A stretch of DNA of 64,000 bases from assembly GCA_044892525.1 (NCBI GenBank), contig CM097885.1, positions 32,242,001 through 32,306,000 on the forward strand. The letters are read 5' to 3'. The DNA is from Schmidtea polychroa (Eukaryota). The translations under genes were made by a program, and so were the position numbers. Positions 35,043-47,292 of the stretch are shown here, one piece after another (the stretch's first letter is position 1; the number at the start of each line of letters is the position of its first letter). Below the pieces are notes generated by a model that saw nothing but the letters and a program-made list of their open reading frames with translations, had not been told where the DNA came from and made no database searches.

Positions 35043-35862
35043 ATGAAAATGACTGCAGAAAAAGGTTAACATGATTATTTAATTACAGAATTATTTATTA
35101 TTTAGAATTTTTAATCAACTTTATGTTGGAAAAGTTAGCAGAAATAGCTGGTGTGAAATTTGAGGACATATTATCTATTACAAATGCCTTAAATATCTGA
35201 TGGATAGTTGAGAGTCAAGATACAGGATTTGATGATGAGGAAGAAACTCAAGAAACTGATACTCAAGAAATTGATGAGGAAATCTATGAACCTATAGATG
35301 AACCTATAGAGGAACCTATAGAGGAACCTAAAGATGAACCTAAAGATAATATTACGTATGATTGTATTGCAAGTTTTATATAGTTTTGAAATTTAATTTT
35401 CTGTTGATTTATTTCCTTCGCATTTCTGGCGAGTTGATTCAGTACGCCCCATCCGCCATTGGCTTCAATCCATGGTTGATGGATATTTTATATATTCTCG
35501 ACAAACCAAAATGGTCAAAGCATCCAGGAAAAAGAATATCTCAAAGATTGGAGAATTTAGAAAACAGTTATGAACTATCATTTGCATATATACAAAATAT
35601 AAAAATTAAATTGATTGATCATATTGAGGTTTTCAATAACTCTATTGTTGAAAATAAAAAGAATATGAAAATTATTGATAAGAAGCATGATTATTTATTA
35701 AAAAAGATTGAATTATTATTAAGAGAAATTCAAACAATCAAAGGATCAATAGAATATCTGAAAATCAATTCAACGTTACCAATTTCAAACAATATTGCTG
35801 CGAATAGTAGTACATCAATATTTAGTTTACCTTTGTTAATTTTACATTATTTTATTGTTTAA
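35043..35862 (+). pseudogene. Spliced acidic/coiled-coil protein gene(s), degenerate
   Basis: ATG at 35043, intron 35065-35105, acidic EEPI repeats, in-frame TGA near 35198 and a downstream coiled-coil ORF to 35862. The link between the parts is uncertain. Confidence 0.45.
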
Positions 35863-36000
35863 ATAAATGTATGTTTTGTTGATTTGTTTAATAATACCCT
35901 TGTGAGTTGTTGAGCGTGACCAGTACCCTTGTGAGCATTACCCATAGGGGACAAAATATTTTGTCGGATAGACTCGGAGTATATAGATTAATACTAATAC

Positions 36001-36080
<80 letters not shown>

Positions 36081-36680
36081 TCTTTAGAAATAATAATCAT
36101 AATAACAAGATATATGGCTCATTCGAAAGGTCTTGGATTAAGCTTTAAATTGAGCTATCGATGAATAATTTTCGTTGGCGGGAACGTTTAAAATTTAAAA
36201 ATAAAATAATAGTATTTTTAAAAATAATAATAAAAATAATAATATTTTTAAAAAATAATAATATGACCTTGATGACTCATCGCGATGACTCATTTGACCT
36301 TGAGAATGACCTTGGATGAGTCATGCGACCTTGAAAATGACCTTGATGAGTCATAGTATGACTCAGATGACCTTGAAATATTGACCTTGACGAGTCATAG
36401 TATGAGTCATATGACCTTGAGAATGACCTTGGATGAGTCATATGACCTTGAGAATGGCCTTGGATGAGTCATATGACCTTGAGAATGACCTTGGATGAGT
36501 CATATGACCTTGGAAATGACCTTGATGAGTCATCGGATGAGTCATGGTCTTTGTTTCAATGACCTTGATGAGTCATATGTCTTTGTTTAAATTTGACCTT
36601 GAAAAAAAATGTACTTTTAGACTTAGAAAAATTTTTACGACCGGGGGGGTACTGTGCTAGCGGTGCCCAATCCATCTTCT
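35855..36680 (-). repeat. Right TIR of element B
   Basis: Reverse complement of 20767-22054 with fewer internal repeats. Confidence 0.92.
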
Positions 36681-38621
36681 GAATTGCTTATATAAAATAA
36701 TACCTTCACTTGTAAAACATTGAAAACACTCAGGTACTCCCTAATCCAGTACGAGGAAATAATGACACGATACATAGAGACTAATCAATACTGAATTTTA
36801 TTTTTCTTCGTCTGAAATTTTATGTGAATCTATGTCTAAGGAGAAATATGGTGAAGTTGACCATGATCTTTAGTTTCTACATGAGTAACCTTAATTCTAA
36901 AATGTGATTCTACAGTACTTATAATAATTAAAAATTATTAGTTAAATTCTTAACCAACTTACAAGTGATAGAGTCCTTACTGACATTGGGTGAAATCCTA
37001 AAAATTGAAAGTTCTCAAAGTATGAATTCAAATCTTTTTGATATATTATGTAGTGCCTCGACTTTATAGAAGTTTGCATATCCTATTATAAGAACTTTTA
37101 TTTCTTCCAATTTCACCACTGATTATTTTACCATTGAATTTAAAAAAATGAGAGTTTGAAGACTATAAATCAATAATATATCGATGTTTGTTGATACTCA
37201 CGAATTTTCAGGCACTGCCTTTTTTTCAAGTGAAATTTACTTGAAAAAGGCAGTGCCGAAAATATAAAGTTTGCATATCTATTTATATTATATTAAAAAT
37301 TTATATATTTTTATTAAATATTTATATTAAAAGTATTTTAAGAGAAAAAAAGGTTTGTTTAAATAATAAGAATTACAAATACGCAAGCTTTTATGAAGAA
37401 AACGAAGATGATGAAGCTCAACAATAAAACTCTTATCGACAATATAGAAAGAAGTTCCCAGCCAGTATTGCAGCCAAATCAAGATCAAAATTCTATAATT
37501 AATAAATTTTTTATTTTATTAATTATGATGTTCGTCTTAGTTATTATATATTAATTTTCAATGATAAGTTTTGTGTGATTTTAAGTTAAATTTAATTTTA
37601 TAAAGTTTATAAATATTTTCTTTTAAAAAATGTAACAGGGATTATTCGCAATATATTTATTTAAACAATTGTAATCTTTTCCCAAATGTATTTTTCTTTT
37701 TATTTTCTATTTATGAGGATAAATTTTATTTTTAACATCATTTAACAATTTTTAATATTAAATTTTAAATTAGCTAAATCTCAAATTTAAACTTACTCAT
37801 TTTTTATATTGAATGATTGATGATGTGGAAATATCACACAGGTATTGGATCTTATTCATTGTTGTATGATCATGTTTAACGCCCAATTTTGTGCATTGTC
37901 TACTGTAGAAATTATGTGAACCTTTTATTGTGTAAAACTTTGTTTATATTCTCCTTAATTTTTCTAAGGGGTTTTCTATTCATTGTCCACGGGTCTTATT
38001 TTGTGACATTTTTGTCATTAACACCCACTTTTATCTTAAATTAGTGTTATAGTTAACTGTTAATGATCTTAATGGATGTCATTGAGGGTCTCATTAGTTG
38101 CGTGTGAGATTTGAAGTAAATCCTGTTATTGAATGATGGAATGAGTATAGGATAAATACAGATTTTAATAAATTAAACATAATAAGATTTTCCTAGGCAC
38201 AATTATCAAAAGAATGACTGTCGAATTTGGCTCTGTAATAAACATTGTTAATTCATACAATTGCATGGAATTTTGAAATCAGGAAAAAGGAAAACAACAA
38301 TATCCTTATCTTGATAGCTTGACAGTGATAACGTAAGTGATGGGAGAAGGCGGTCAAACAAAAAAGGAAAAAACAACTTGACAGCCGTCAGAGATAAAAA
38401 TGGAACAGTTGGGGAGCAGGAGAAAGAAAATGGAAAAACACTTGATTATCTGGAGTGCCAGAAGGGAAGCGAACTATATAAAGGTAAACTAGTGGACACA
38501 GAAGAAAGAACAAAATTAGAGATTAAAATTAGAACAAAAGGGAGAACGAAATTGAGAAAAAAACGAAACGAAATTAGAGACAAAAAGAGTTAAAAAGGAG
38601 AAATAAAAATAGAGTGAAAAG

Positions 38622-39551
38622 AATAGTGTGTATATATACCCAACCCAAACAACCCTCCCAACAAAAACATACCTCCATTACGCTTAAACCATTAGAAAAA
38701 CAACATAAAACCTATGTTTTTATAGTATTTTAACCCCATATTTTTGAAAACAACCACCCTTAATCTTTAAAGCCTCAAACTCAAAAGCTTCAAACTAAAA
38801 AGAGAATAGAAAAGAAAATGGCATTATGAAAAAGTTAGAGGGCTATTTGGGATAGGGCTATATACACACTACTTTTGATCGCAATCAAACTCCGGAGTTG
38901 ATCTTTATCAGATTATTGATTTTAAATTATATAAATTAAAAAATAAATGAAAAATAGTAAAACTGCTCTGAGGGGACAGTGGTATTTTTTTTTTCACTGT
39001 CCCCTCAACAGTTTTTTTGATCCGGATCATTTCAACCTCTTTCGTTTATCAAATCTCTTCTAATATACAAGCTGGCCAGACTCATACATCAGAATCAATC
39101 CGATAATAGCAGCACACCTTATTATTCGCTTCTCGCTCGAATACGATTTCATCGGCGTTTTAAGCGTGCTGCTCGAAAGTACAAATGAATTCGAAAGTGA
39201 ATTCGAAAGAGGTCCGAAAACAACTGAGAAATAAATGTGCACATTAAAGAATCGATCCGGGGGTGTTCGAAAGACAGGTGGCGATAATTACCGGTTCGCC
39301 ACCATCACCCGTTTCAATAATTTTTTTTTCATATTTATGTTTAAAAATAAAATAATTAATAAAATAAATAAAATAAATAAAATAAAATAAAATAAAATAA
39401 AATAAAAATAAATAAAATAAAATATAAATCTAAGATACCCACACTATTATTTTAAAATTTTTAAAAAAAAATAAACTAACCACAGTTAGGATTTGAACCG
39501 CTATCCATTTGAACCACTGTGCCAGTCTAGCCCACTGCGCTATCTAGGTTT
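38622..39551 (+). repeat. Left TIR of element C
   Basis: Inverted copy of 50677-51617. Confidence 0.93.
39475..39549 (-). ncRNA. tRNA-like Pol III unit (left TIR copy)
   Basis: On the minus strand: A-box TAGCGCAGTGG, B-box GGTTCAAATCC, then a T-run. Confidence 0.55.
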
Positions 39552-39650
39552 CAGATTTTTATTTATTTTTTATACTGTCACATTATGAAAATAAATATAA
39601 AAACATAAAAAATCAAAACAGGGTATCCAATAAAAAATTTTTTTCTAAAA

Positions 39651-42600
39651 ATGAATTGTAATATTTGTAATAAAGTTTTTAAAAATAAAACTGGATTAAT
39701 TTCTCACTTAAAATCGAAAGCTCATTTATTAAAAGAAAACAATCTTAATGATACAAATTCAAAAGTTTGTCCTAAATGTAAAGGAAGATTTCTACATTCT
39801 GGATATAATAAACATTTTGAAAATTGTATCGGGAAAAATAGAGAAATATTTACATGTCCTCATTGTAACTTTTCAACAAAACTAAATTTCTATTATTTAG
39901 AACATATAAAAGAATGTAAAAATAAAAAACAAAATTCTGACGATGAGGAATGTCATTCAGAAGGAGAACCTGATCATGTTGAAAGAGAAAAATATAACTG
40001 GGATAATTTTAATCATATAGATGAATTTCAATTAAAAATTAATGGACCTGCAACTCCTGGAGAATATATAAATAAAAATAAAAAAAATATTAAAAATTCT
40101 TTCACTGAAGCTTTAAAAAATTATAAACTGACAAGGTATAATGTTATAAAATATAAAATTATAATCAAAGCAAAATACTGGCGAGGAGCAGAAGAAAAGA
40201 CAACACCTTTAGATGTTGAAATTGGAATACCCTTTAAATATTTATTTTCAACTAAAGGATTTGATAAAACCATCAAAGAAATAATTCAAGCAGTAGAAGC
40301 AAAACAAGAAGAGGTTGAAAATGAATTAGGAGATTCAAACTTAGTATTCAACTCTTTCCAAACTTTAGTGATTGATTATTGGAGAGGATTACCACCCAAT
40401 CCTAAATCTTATATTCCTACACCCTTTAAATCTAAAAATGTTATAAATGTACAGAATAATGATAACAAATGTTTCATCTGGTCAATACTTGCACATTTAC
40501 ACCCTCAAGAATCAAACCCTCAAAGAGTTTCAAAATACAAACAATATGAAAATGAATTAATATTTCCCAAAGGATTCAAACATCCAATGAAACTAGAAGA
40601 CATTCCAAAATTTGAAAGTTTAAATAATCTTAAAATTAATATTTATGAACGTGTTAAAGGGAAACATGTTAATAGCAGAGAAATTATTCCAATTTATATT
40701 TCAGATTATGAAGTTAGAGATAATGAACCCCAGGATAACACTAGGGAGATATATCTTTTTATCTTGGAACAACAAAATAATCAACATTATGTTTTAATAA
40801 AAAACTTTCAAGCTTTTACATCACCAGAGAATCCAACTAGTGGAGGAGAAACATGTAAAAGATGTCTTCATTATTCAACAACTAAAAACTCTATGATTAA
40901 ACATACAAGATTTTGTGAAAAAGATGATCCAGCTTTAATTAAAATGCCTAATAATCCCAAGATGTATTTTAAAAACTTTTCAAATTTACTACAAACAGTA
41001 GGAGTGCTTTATGGGGACTTTGAATCTATAAATCGTAAACAAGATTTGGTTAACCAATATTTAAAAATAATAGAAAAAAATAAACTCATGGATTCCTGGA
41101 ACTCCTCAGGAGAGAAGATGAAACCAGAGAGGATGAAAGCCTTTCTAAGAAAAAGGAATAAACCTAATAGTGTTAAAAAAACTAAACAATTACCATCTGC
41201 TTATAAATTATTATTTAAAAGTAATTATCCTGAACTCATAGAATCTAGAGAATATACATAAATGATCTAGAACATGAAATATTTAAAGTATTAAAAACAA
41301 ACTATCCTCAAAATATTTCTAATCAACAACAACAAGAATATGAAAACACTTCCAACTGTTGGATGTGTAAACAACCATTTGAAGAGTCTCCGAATATAAA
41401 AGTCCTCGATCATGATCATTTAAAAAAGGAAAATAATTATCGAGGAGCAGCTCATAAAAATTTTAATCTTAATTGTCATACTCCTAAATTTGTACCTGTT
41501 ATATTTCATAATCTTTTTGGTTATGACATACATCTATTTATTAAACATTTAGCAGCAAATGCTAAAAACTCTTTCAAAGTTATAGGACTTACAAAGGAAA
41601 AATATAAATCAGTTGAATATGGAAAATTAAAATTTATAGACTCGTTAAACTTTCTTCAAATGTCTCTAGATGGAATAGCTAAAACAATGAAACCAGAAAA
41701 TTTTAAAATCACTCGAGAATTCTTGGAAAAAAATAATATTCCTCTAGAAGAATATCCTACATGTTTAGCAAAAGGAATATATCCTTATGACTATGTTGAC
41801 TCGTTTGAAAGATATAATGAAACAAGTCTTCCTAGCCAAGAAGATTTCTATTCACAACTTCAAAAAAATCATATTACAAATCAAGAATATTCTCGAGCAA
41901 ATAAAATGTGGGAATTATTCAAGTGTAAAACTTTAGGAGAATATACAAGTATGTATTTATCCTTGGATGTTTATATTCTAGCAGATTGCTTTGAAGAATT
42001 TACAAAATCTTTTGTTCTTAAACCTTATAATTATATAACAGCACCCTCTTTAGCTTGGGATACTTTATTATATACCATTTGGACTTCAAATATAGAAGAA
42101 GCTGATAAAATTATAGATCTTTTAACTAACCTCGATATGTTTAATCTAATTAAAACAAACATTAGAGGAGGAGTCTCTTCAGTAATGTGGAATAGAGAAA
42201 TAAAAGCTAGAAATGCAATAACTACTAGCAGAATGCTTTCAAAGACCTCTGATCCATATATAAAAATTAACAATGAGGAATTAAAAGAAATATTAGAAAC
42301 AATGAAAAATCCTATATTTATACTTTATATAGATGCAACAGCTTTATATTCAGGAATTATGACTCAATATTTACCAATGGGTGATTTCATTGAAATAGAA
42401 TCATCAAAAGAACTTATAAAAGAAATACTTTCAACACCTAAAGATTCTCCAATAGGTTACTTTGTAGAATGTGACTTATTATATCCAGATGATATAAAAT
42501 CAGGAACAAGATATTTCCCATTAGCTCCTGTAAGAAGAAAGATTGATATCAACGAACTTTCTGAATGGCAAATCTCACAAGATAAACCCCCAACAATGAA

Positions 42601-43918
42601 ACTTCTTTGTGATCAAACAGATCGAAGGTTTTATCTTTGTCACTATAGACTTCTCCAATTTTATCTTTCACGAGGTATGATATTAAAAAAAGTTCATAGT
42701 GTCATAAGATTTAAACAGAGGCCATTCATGAAAGCTTTTATCGAGGAGAACATTAGATGTCGAAACATTGCAAAAAGAGAAGGTAACCTTTTTAAAGATA
42801 ATAATTATAAACTTTTAAACAATTCAGTCTTTGGGAAGACAATGGAGAATGTTGATAAATATACTCATATTGAACTCCTAACTAATACTGCCAAAGATAT
42901 TAAGCGTTATAATCGTATGCTAGGAAAGCCTACATTTAAAAACGCACAAGTATTTTCTGAAAGTCTTACTGCAATAGAACTAAAGAGTTTTGAGAAAACA
43001 TACAACAAACCAATATTTATAGGGTTTTCAATTTTAGAACTTTCAAAATTACAAATGTATGAAACATATTATAACATCTTACAACCTATATATGGTTCTA
43101 ATATATCAATGCATGCAATGGATACAGATTCAATGTTTTTAACAATAAGAACTCATGATTTACAAAGAGATATAGCTGAAAATCCTATACTTTCAAATTT
43201 AATAAATTCAACTGGAGAATTATTTTCATTTAAAGATGAAAAACCTTTTACTCCTATAGAAAATGGAATATTTATTCGTGCTAAACAATATTCATACGAA
43301 ACATTTAAAAACCCTGAATTTATAACCCGAGAAATTATATTTAAAACCCCAGAAAAAGAGGAAATTATTTCATTTAAATATCCTATATTCCCTAAAGGAC
43401 CAGAGGGACAAGAAGAAAAACCTGTAAAGGATAACAGATGTAAAGGAATACAGAAATCCGTTGCAAAGAATCTTTCTCATCAATATTATATAGATACATT
43501 GAATCCAAATCATAAAGATAAAATTGATGAAGTGCATCAGATTAAAAGCGAAAACCATGATATTCACTTGATAGAATCTCAAAAAGTATCATTATCAAAT
43601 TATGATGATAAGAGATTCATCCTAAGTGATTTAAAGACAACTCTTCCTATAGGAAATAATTTAATCCCCATAATAAAAAATCTAGAAAAGTTGAATAAGT
43701 TATATGATACAAAGATTACTGATCTTGATATTTATAATGTTGAAATCATTTATCCCGAGAGAGAAATCGAGAAGCCTTTATATTCTCAAGTTTTTAATCC
43801 TATATGTTTAGAACTTAAATATTTTAATACTGATTCTGAATATATAAAAGGTCTAAGTGATAAAGAATTTAAAGATCATAAATTAATGATTCAAAGGTTG
43901 GCTTTCAACGATATTTAA
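39651..43918 (+). pseudogene. pPolB of element C, frameshifted by a short deletion near 41258
   Basis: Two ORFs (536 and 851 aa) colinear with the A polymerase; the segment SFRG...FVETL is missing at the break. Confidence 0.93.
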
Positions 43919-43996
43919 TTTTTTAATAATAAAATGTCGACAATTAATTTAAGCAACTATAGCAACCTGATCTACTTTTTTAAAAATACACCCATT

Positions 43997-44596
43997 TTAT
44001 AAATAAGAATTCTTTAACCATTTCTCCCGTTTAATTTTTTTAGAATATTCATTAGTTATAACATTAGCACTTTTCAATCTATTAATATTATTTTTAATAT
44101 CTTGTATTATTTGATTTGATTTCATTATTTCATCATCAGTTAAGATTCCATCTTCCAAAGCTTTTAATTGAAATAAAAATAATTTAGAGATTCCTAATTC
44201 TATTGACAAACAAACTTCACGATATAAACTTTTCTTTTTTGAAGTATAAGATAATGAAACTATTTCAGTTAAGAAACCATCAGCTACAGAAATACTTCCA
44301 AGTATTACTGGCGCAAGTGTTAAAACTGGTAAAGTTATAGGTAAAATAACTGTTAATATTGCAGATGCAAATCCTAAAGAATAACCTATAAATTTTAAAA
44401 CTGTATTCCCTTTATTCCATCTACTTTTAATTTTTTTATAATGTTTTAATAAATCTTGTAAATGTAATGTTTCTGATTTAAATTCTTTTACTCTCATAAT
44501 TTCAAGTTCTGTGGGAGCTGAAGGTCCCGAAGGTTTGGGGGAATAATATCCTGATGACAATTTTGGGTAAACTTTTTCTTCTCTTACTTCTTCCAT
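43997..44596 (-). CDS. Two-TM protein with YPKL and PSAP motifs
   Basis: Homologue of 6409-7020. Confidence 0.7.
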   Translation of the reverse strand: MEEVREEKVYPKLSSGYYSPKPSGPSAPTELEIMRVKEFKSETLHLQDLLKHYKKIKSRWNKGNTVLKFIGYSLGFASAILTVILPITLPVLTLAPVILGSISVADGFLTEIVSLSYTSKKKSLYREVCLSIELGISKLFLFQLKALEDGILTDDEIMKSNQIIQDIKNNINRLKSANVITNEYSKKIKREKWLKNSYL

Positions 44597-44604
44597 TTTA
44601 ATAA

Positions 44605-45582
44605 TTAAAAAAATAAGATTTTATTATCTGGTACCAATACTCGGATATCATAAGAGACTCTTGTTGAGAGAATGTCTTTATACAATTCCATCAATGCTTT
44701 ACGAACTTCATCAACATCAACCTTTTTTTCATAAAATATTAAATCTATATAATCCACAAGTGTGCTTTTAAAAATAATATTCTTACTTTTAACTTTATGT
44801 AGTCCATGTGAATGAGTATTAACATACCAATATCCATGTGTTAAATCATAACCACTTATTATAACATCACCCTTTTCAAACTTACTATTATAATCACATT
44901 TCACAAACCATTTCATTCTTTCATTATCATCATCAAATAAAAAGAAATAAGGATCAATAATCTTTACAACCATAAAAACACTCCATTCTTTACTATTTGT
45001 TGTTATTAAAGTTGGTTCTATAAAATGTTTATATGTATGGGGTAATAATGTTTTATTCTGTTCTAATTCAGCAGCTCTTTTTCTAATACTATGTGTGGTA
45101 TTAATGTGTGTTGTATGAGACTCTAAATTTGAAAGTCTTTTATTAAATGATGTAATCATCTCATTTATTATATTATATATTGTATTAAATTTAGTATTCA
45201 TAATTTGTTTATCTTTAGAGTTTAATATACTAGTATTTAACTTTACAACTTGTTCAGTTAACAGACTTTGTAACTTGTCAAATTTATCATTAAATCGTTG
45301 TTCGATATTATTAAGCTTTGATTCCATTGAATCAATTTTTGTTGTTAATGAACTTTCAATTCTTCTTGTTGTTAAATCAGTATAATTTTTATTAGCAGCA
45401 TCACCTTCATCAATTGGTAAAGATAAATCTTTTATCTTGTGTCCATTTAAATTTAAATCTCCTTTCATTGAATCACCTCTTTCATTAATATATTTATTTT
45501 CTGTTAAAGTTAATATTTCTTCTGTATTAAACCCTGTTTTTATTGTTCCACCACCTCTATTACAAGGAATATAAGAACTCAT
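44605..45582 (-). CDS. Putative fibre-like virion protein
   Basis: Close homologue of 5390-6400. Confidence 0.55.
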   Translation of the reverse strand: MSSYIPCNRGGGTIKTGFNTEEILTLTENKYINERGDSMKGDLNLNGHKIKDLSLPIDEGDAANKNYTDLTTRRIESSLTTKIDSMESKLNNIEQRFNDKFDKLQSLLTEQVVKLNTSILNSKDKQIMNTKFNTIYNIINEMITSFNKRLSNLESHTTHINTTHSIRKRAAELEQNKTLLPHTYKHFIEPTLITTNSKEWSVFMVVKIIDPYFFLFDDDNERMKWFVKCDYNSKFEKGDVIISGYDLTHGYWYVNTHSHGLHKVKSKNIIFKSTLVDYIDLIFYEKKVDVDEVRKALMELYKDILSTRVSYDIRVLVPDNKILFF

Positions 45583-45606
45583 TTATTAATAATTTAAAAT
45601 GAATCT

Positions 45607-46377
45607 TCAAACCTGTTTCAAATGTAAATACATTGAAATCTCTTCTCCATTAAAATCAATCAATTCTCCTTCTTGATTAAGAATTTTAAAATTAATATCC
45701 ATTATATATTTTCTACATAAAGGCAAATAATTTGGAGGATTCATTCTTTCAACTATTTTATATCCCATAGGAACTGTGTTTGATGGAAAGGAATGTAAAA
45801 CATTTGTTTGTTTACCATTATTATAAGAACCTGTTATACAATCACAATGAATATTTATTGTGTTTGTATTTATTATTTTTATAATATTTTCTGATGTTAT
45901 ATTCTCAACTATAGGTGTGATATAATGGTTTCGTGTAAATCCTAAAATTGTTCTAAAGAAACTATTATTTTGAAAATGAATTCCTATATTCTCTAAAGTC
46001 ATTATACATTTTGAAGTTGGTAAATCCATTTTAATTTTAATGGCTCCATTTGTTTTTTTAGAAAGTATATTATTTAAATCTTTTATCTCATAAGCTCCAG
46101 GTTCGATTGTTATTATAATCTTATCTGTAGATTTTGGGCTTATATAATAAAATATGTTATTATCTTTAGTTATATTAAAAATAGTATTATAAGCACAAAA
46201 CCATAATAGACCTAATTCATAATTTAAATCTTGATCTAATTTTATTGAATCTTGAAAGTTTATAGTAAAGTCTGATTCTTTTGAATTTATAGATAAAGTT
46301 CTTGAATATTTATCTGACATTATGTTTACCATTTTTTTTAAATTATCTTCCAGAAGGTTGCGAAGCTCCATTTTCAT
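45607..46377 (-). CDS. Minor capsid protein (penton)
   Basis: Close homologue of 4601-5365. Confidence 0.85.
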   Translation of the reverse strand: MKMELRNLLEDNLKKMVNIMSDKYSRTLSINSKESDFTINFQDSIKLDQDLNYELGLLWFCAYNTIFNITKDNNIFYYISPKSTDKIIITIEPGAYEIKDLNNILSKKTNGAIKIKMDLPTSKCIMTLENIGIHFQNNSFFRTILGFTRNHYITPIVENITSENIIKIINTNTINIHCDCITGSYNNGKQTNVLHSFPSNTVPMGYKIVERMNPPNYLPLCRKYIMDINFKILNQEGELIDFNGEEISMYLHLKQV

Positions 46378-46505
46378 AATAGAGATTTTAAATCATTATA
46401 AATTTCTTGGATTAAGGAAGTGAAACCTTCTCCTTTGGATTTATTCAATCTATACAAAACATATAAACTTATAATACCACATATTTTAGTATTATTAGGT
46501 TGAAC
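46374..46505 (-). pseudogene. 3' remnant of the protease gene
   Basis: Reads VQPNNTKICGIISLYVLYRLNK...IQEIYNDLKSLL*, matching the end of 4088-4552. Confidence 0.85.
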
Positions 46506-47281
46506 CAATTTTAAATAGACATAAGAGTAAATTTAATAATAAAGTATTTCCTGATAATTTTAGATTATTAATTGTTGGATCTTCTGGATGTGGAAAGAAT
46601 GTACTTGTTTTGAAAATGTTACTTGAAGATGGTTTTTTAGATTATAATAATTTAATCTTTTATTCTACAACCATAAACCAACCAGAATTACAACTTTTGA
46701 AATGTGGATTTGAAAATAAATTAACTAAAAAAGCAATAATTGATATTTTTAAAAATCAACATAGGTGTCCTGAAGAAGTTTTTCATCCTTGTGATATGGT
46801 TGATTGGTATAAGGAAAAGATTTTAGAATCAGATATTAATAATAAAAATGATTATATTTGTGAAGAAGGGCAGGAGGCAATTCAAGTTTTATTCTCTAAT
46901 AAACCTGAAGATGTTTTACATTGTGATTTACTTCCTAAAGATAAAAAGAATCTAGTTATATTTGATGATGTTGTCAACATGAAAAATCAAGAGATTCAAA
47001 AGAGTTACTTTACACGAGGTCGACATAATAATTGTAATGTTATTTATATATCTCAAACTTATTATTCTTTAGATAAAAACTCTATAAGAAATAATTCTAA
47101 TTGTTTTATATTTTTTAAATTAGATCGCCGTGATAAGAATATGATTTATAATGATTTATTTTCAAATGTTGAACCTGATAAGAATATGTTTGATATGTTT
47201 GTTGATAATCATTGGAGAGAAAAATATAATTATATTTATTTGGATAGAGAAGAAGCTGAAATATGGAAAAGTTTGTTTTAG
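46505..47281 (+). pseudogene. Packaging ATPase, 5' end lost at a deletion junction
   Basis: In-frame upstream LLIVGSSGCGKN (Walker A), VIFDD, TRGRHNN, ISQTY and IRNN. Confidence 0.9.
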
Positions 47282-47292
47282 GGCTTGTCGAC

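Noticed and set aside
37208..37260. Hairpin GGCACTGCCTTTTT...AAAAAGGCAGTGCC as a terminator
   Set aside because: Eukaryotic context; more likely a collapsed MITE remnant with no further support.
39060..39242. 60-aa ORF duplicated at 50997-51179
   Set aside because: Identity is explained by the TIR; non-ATG start and no recognisable motif.
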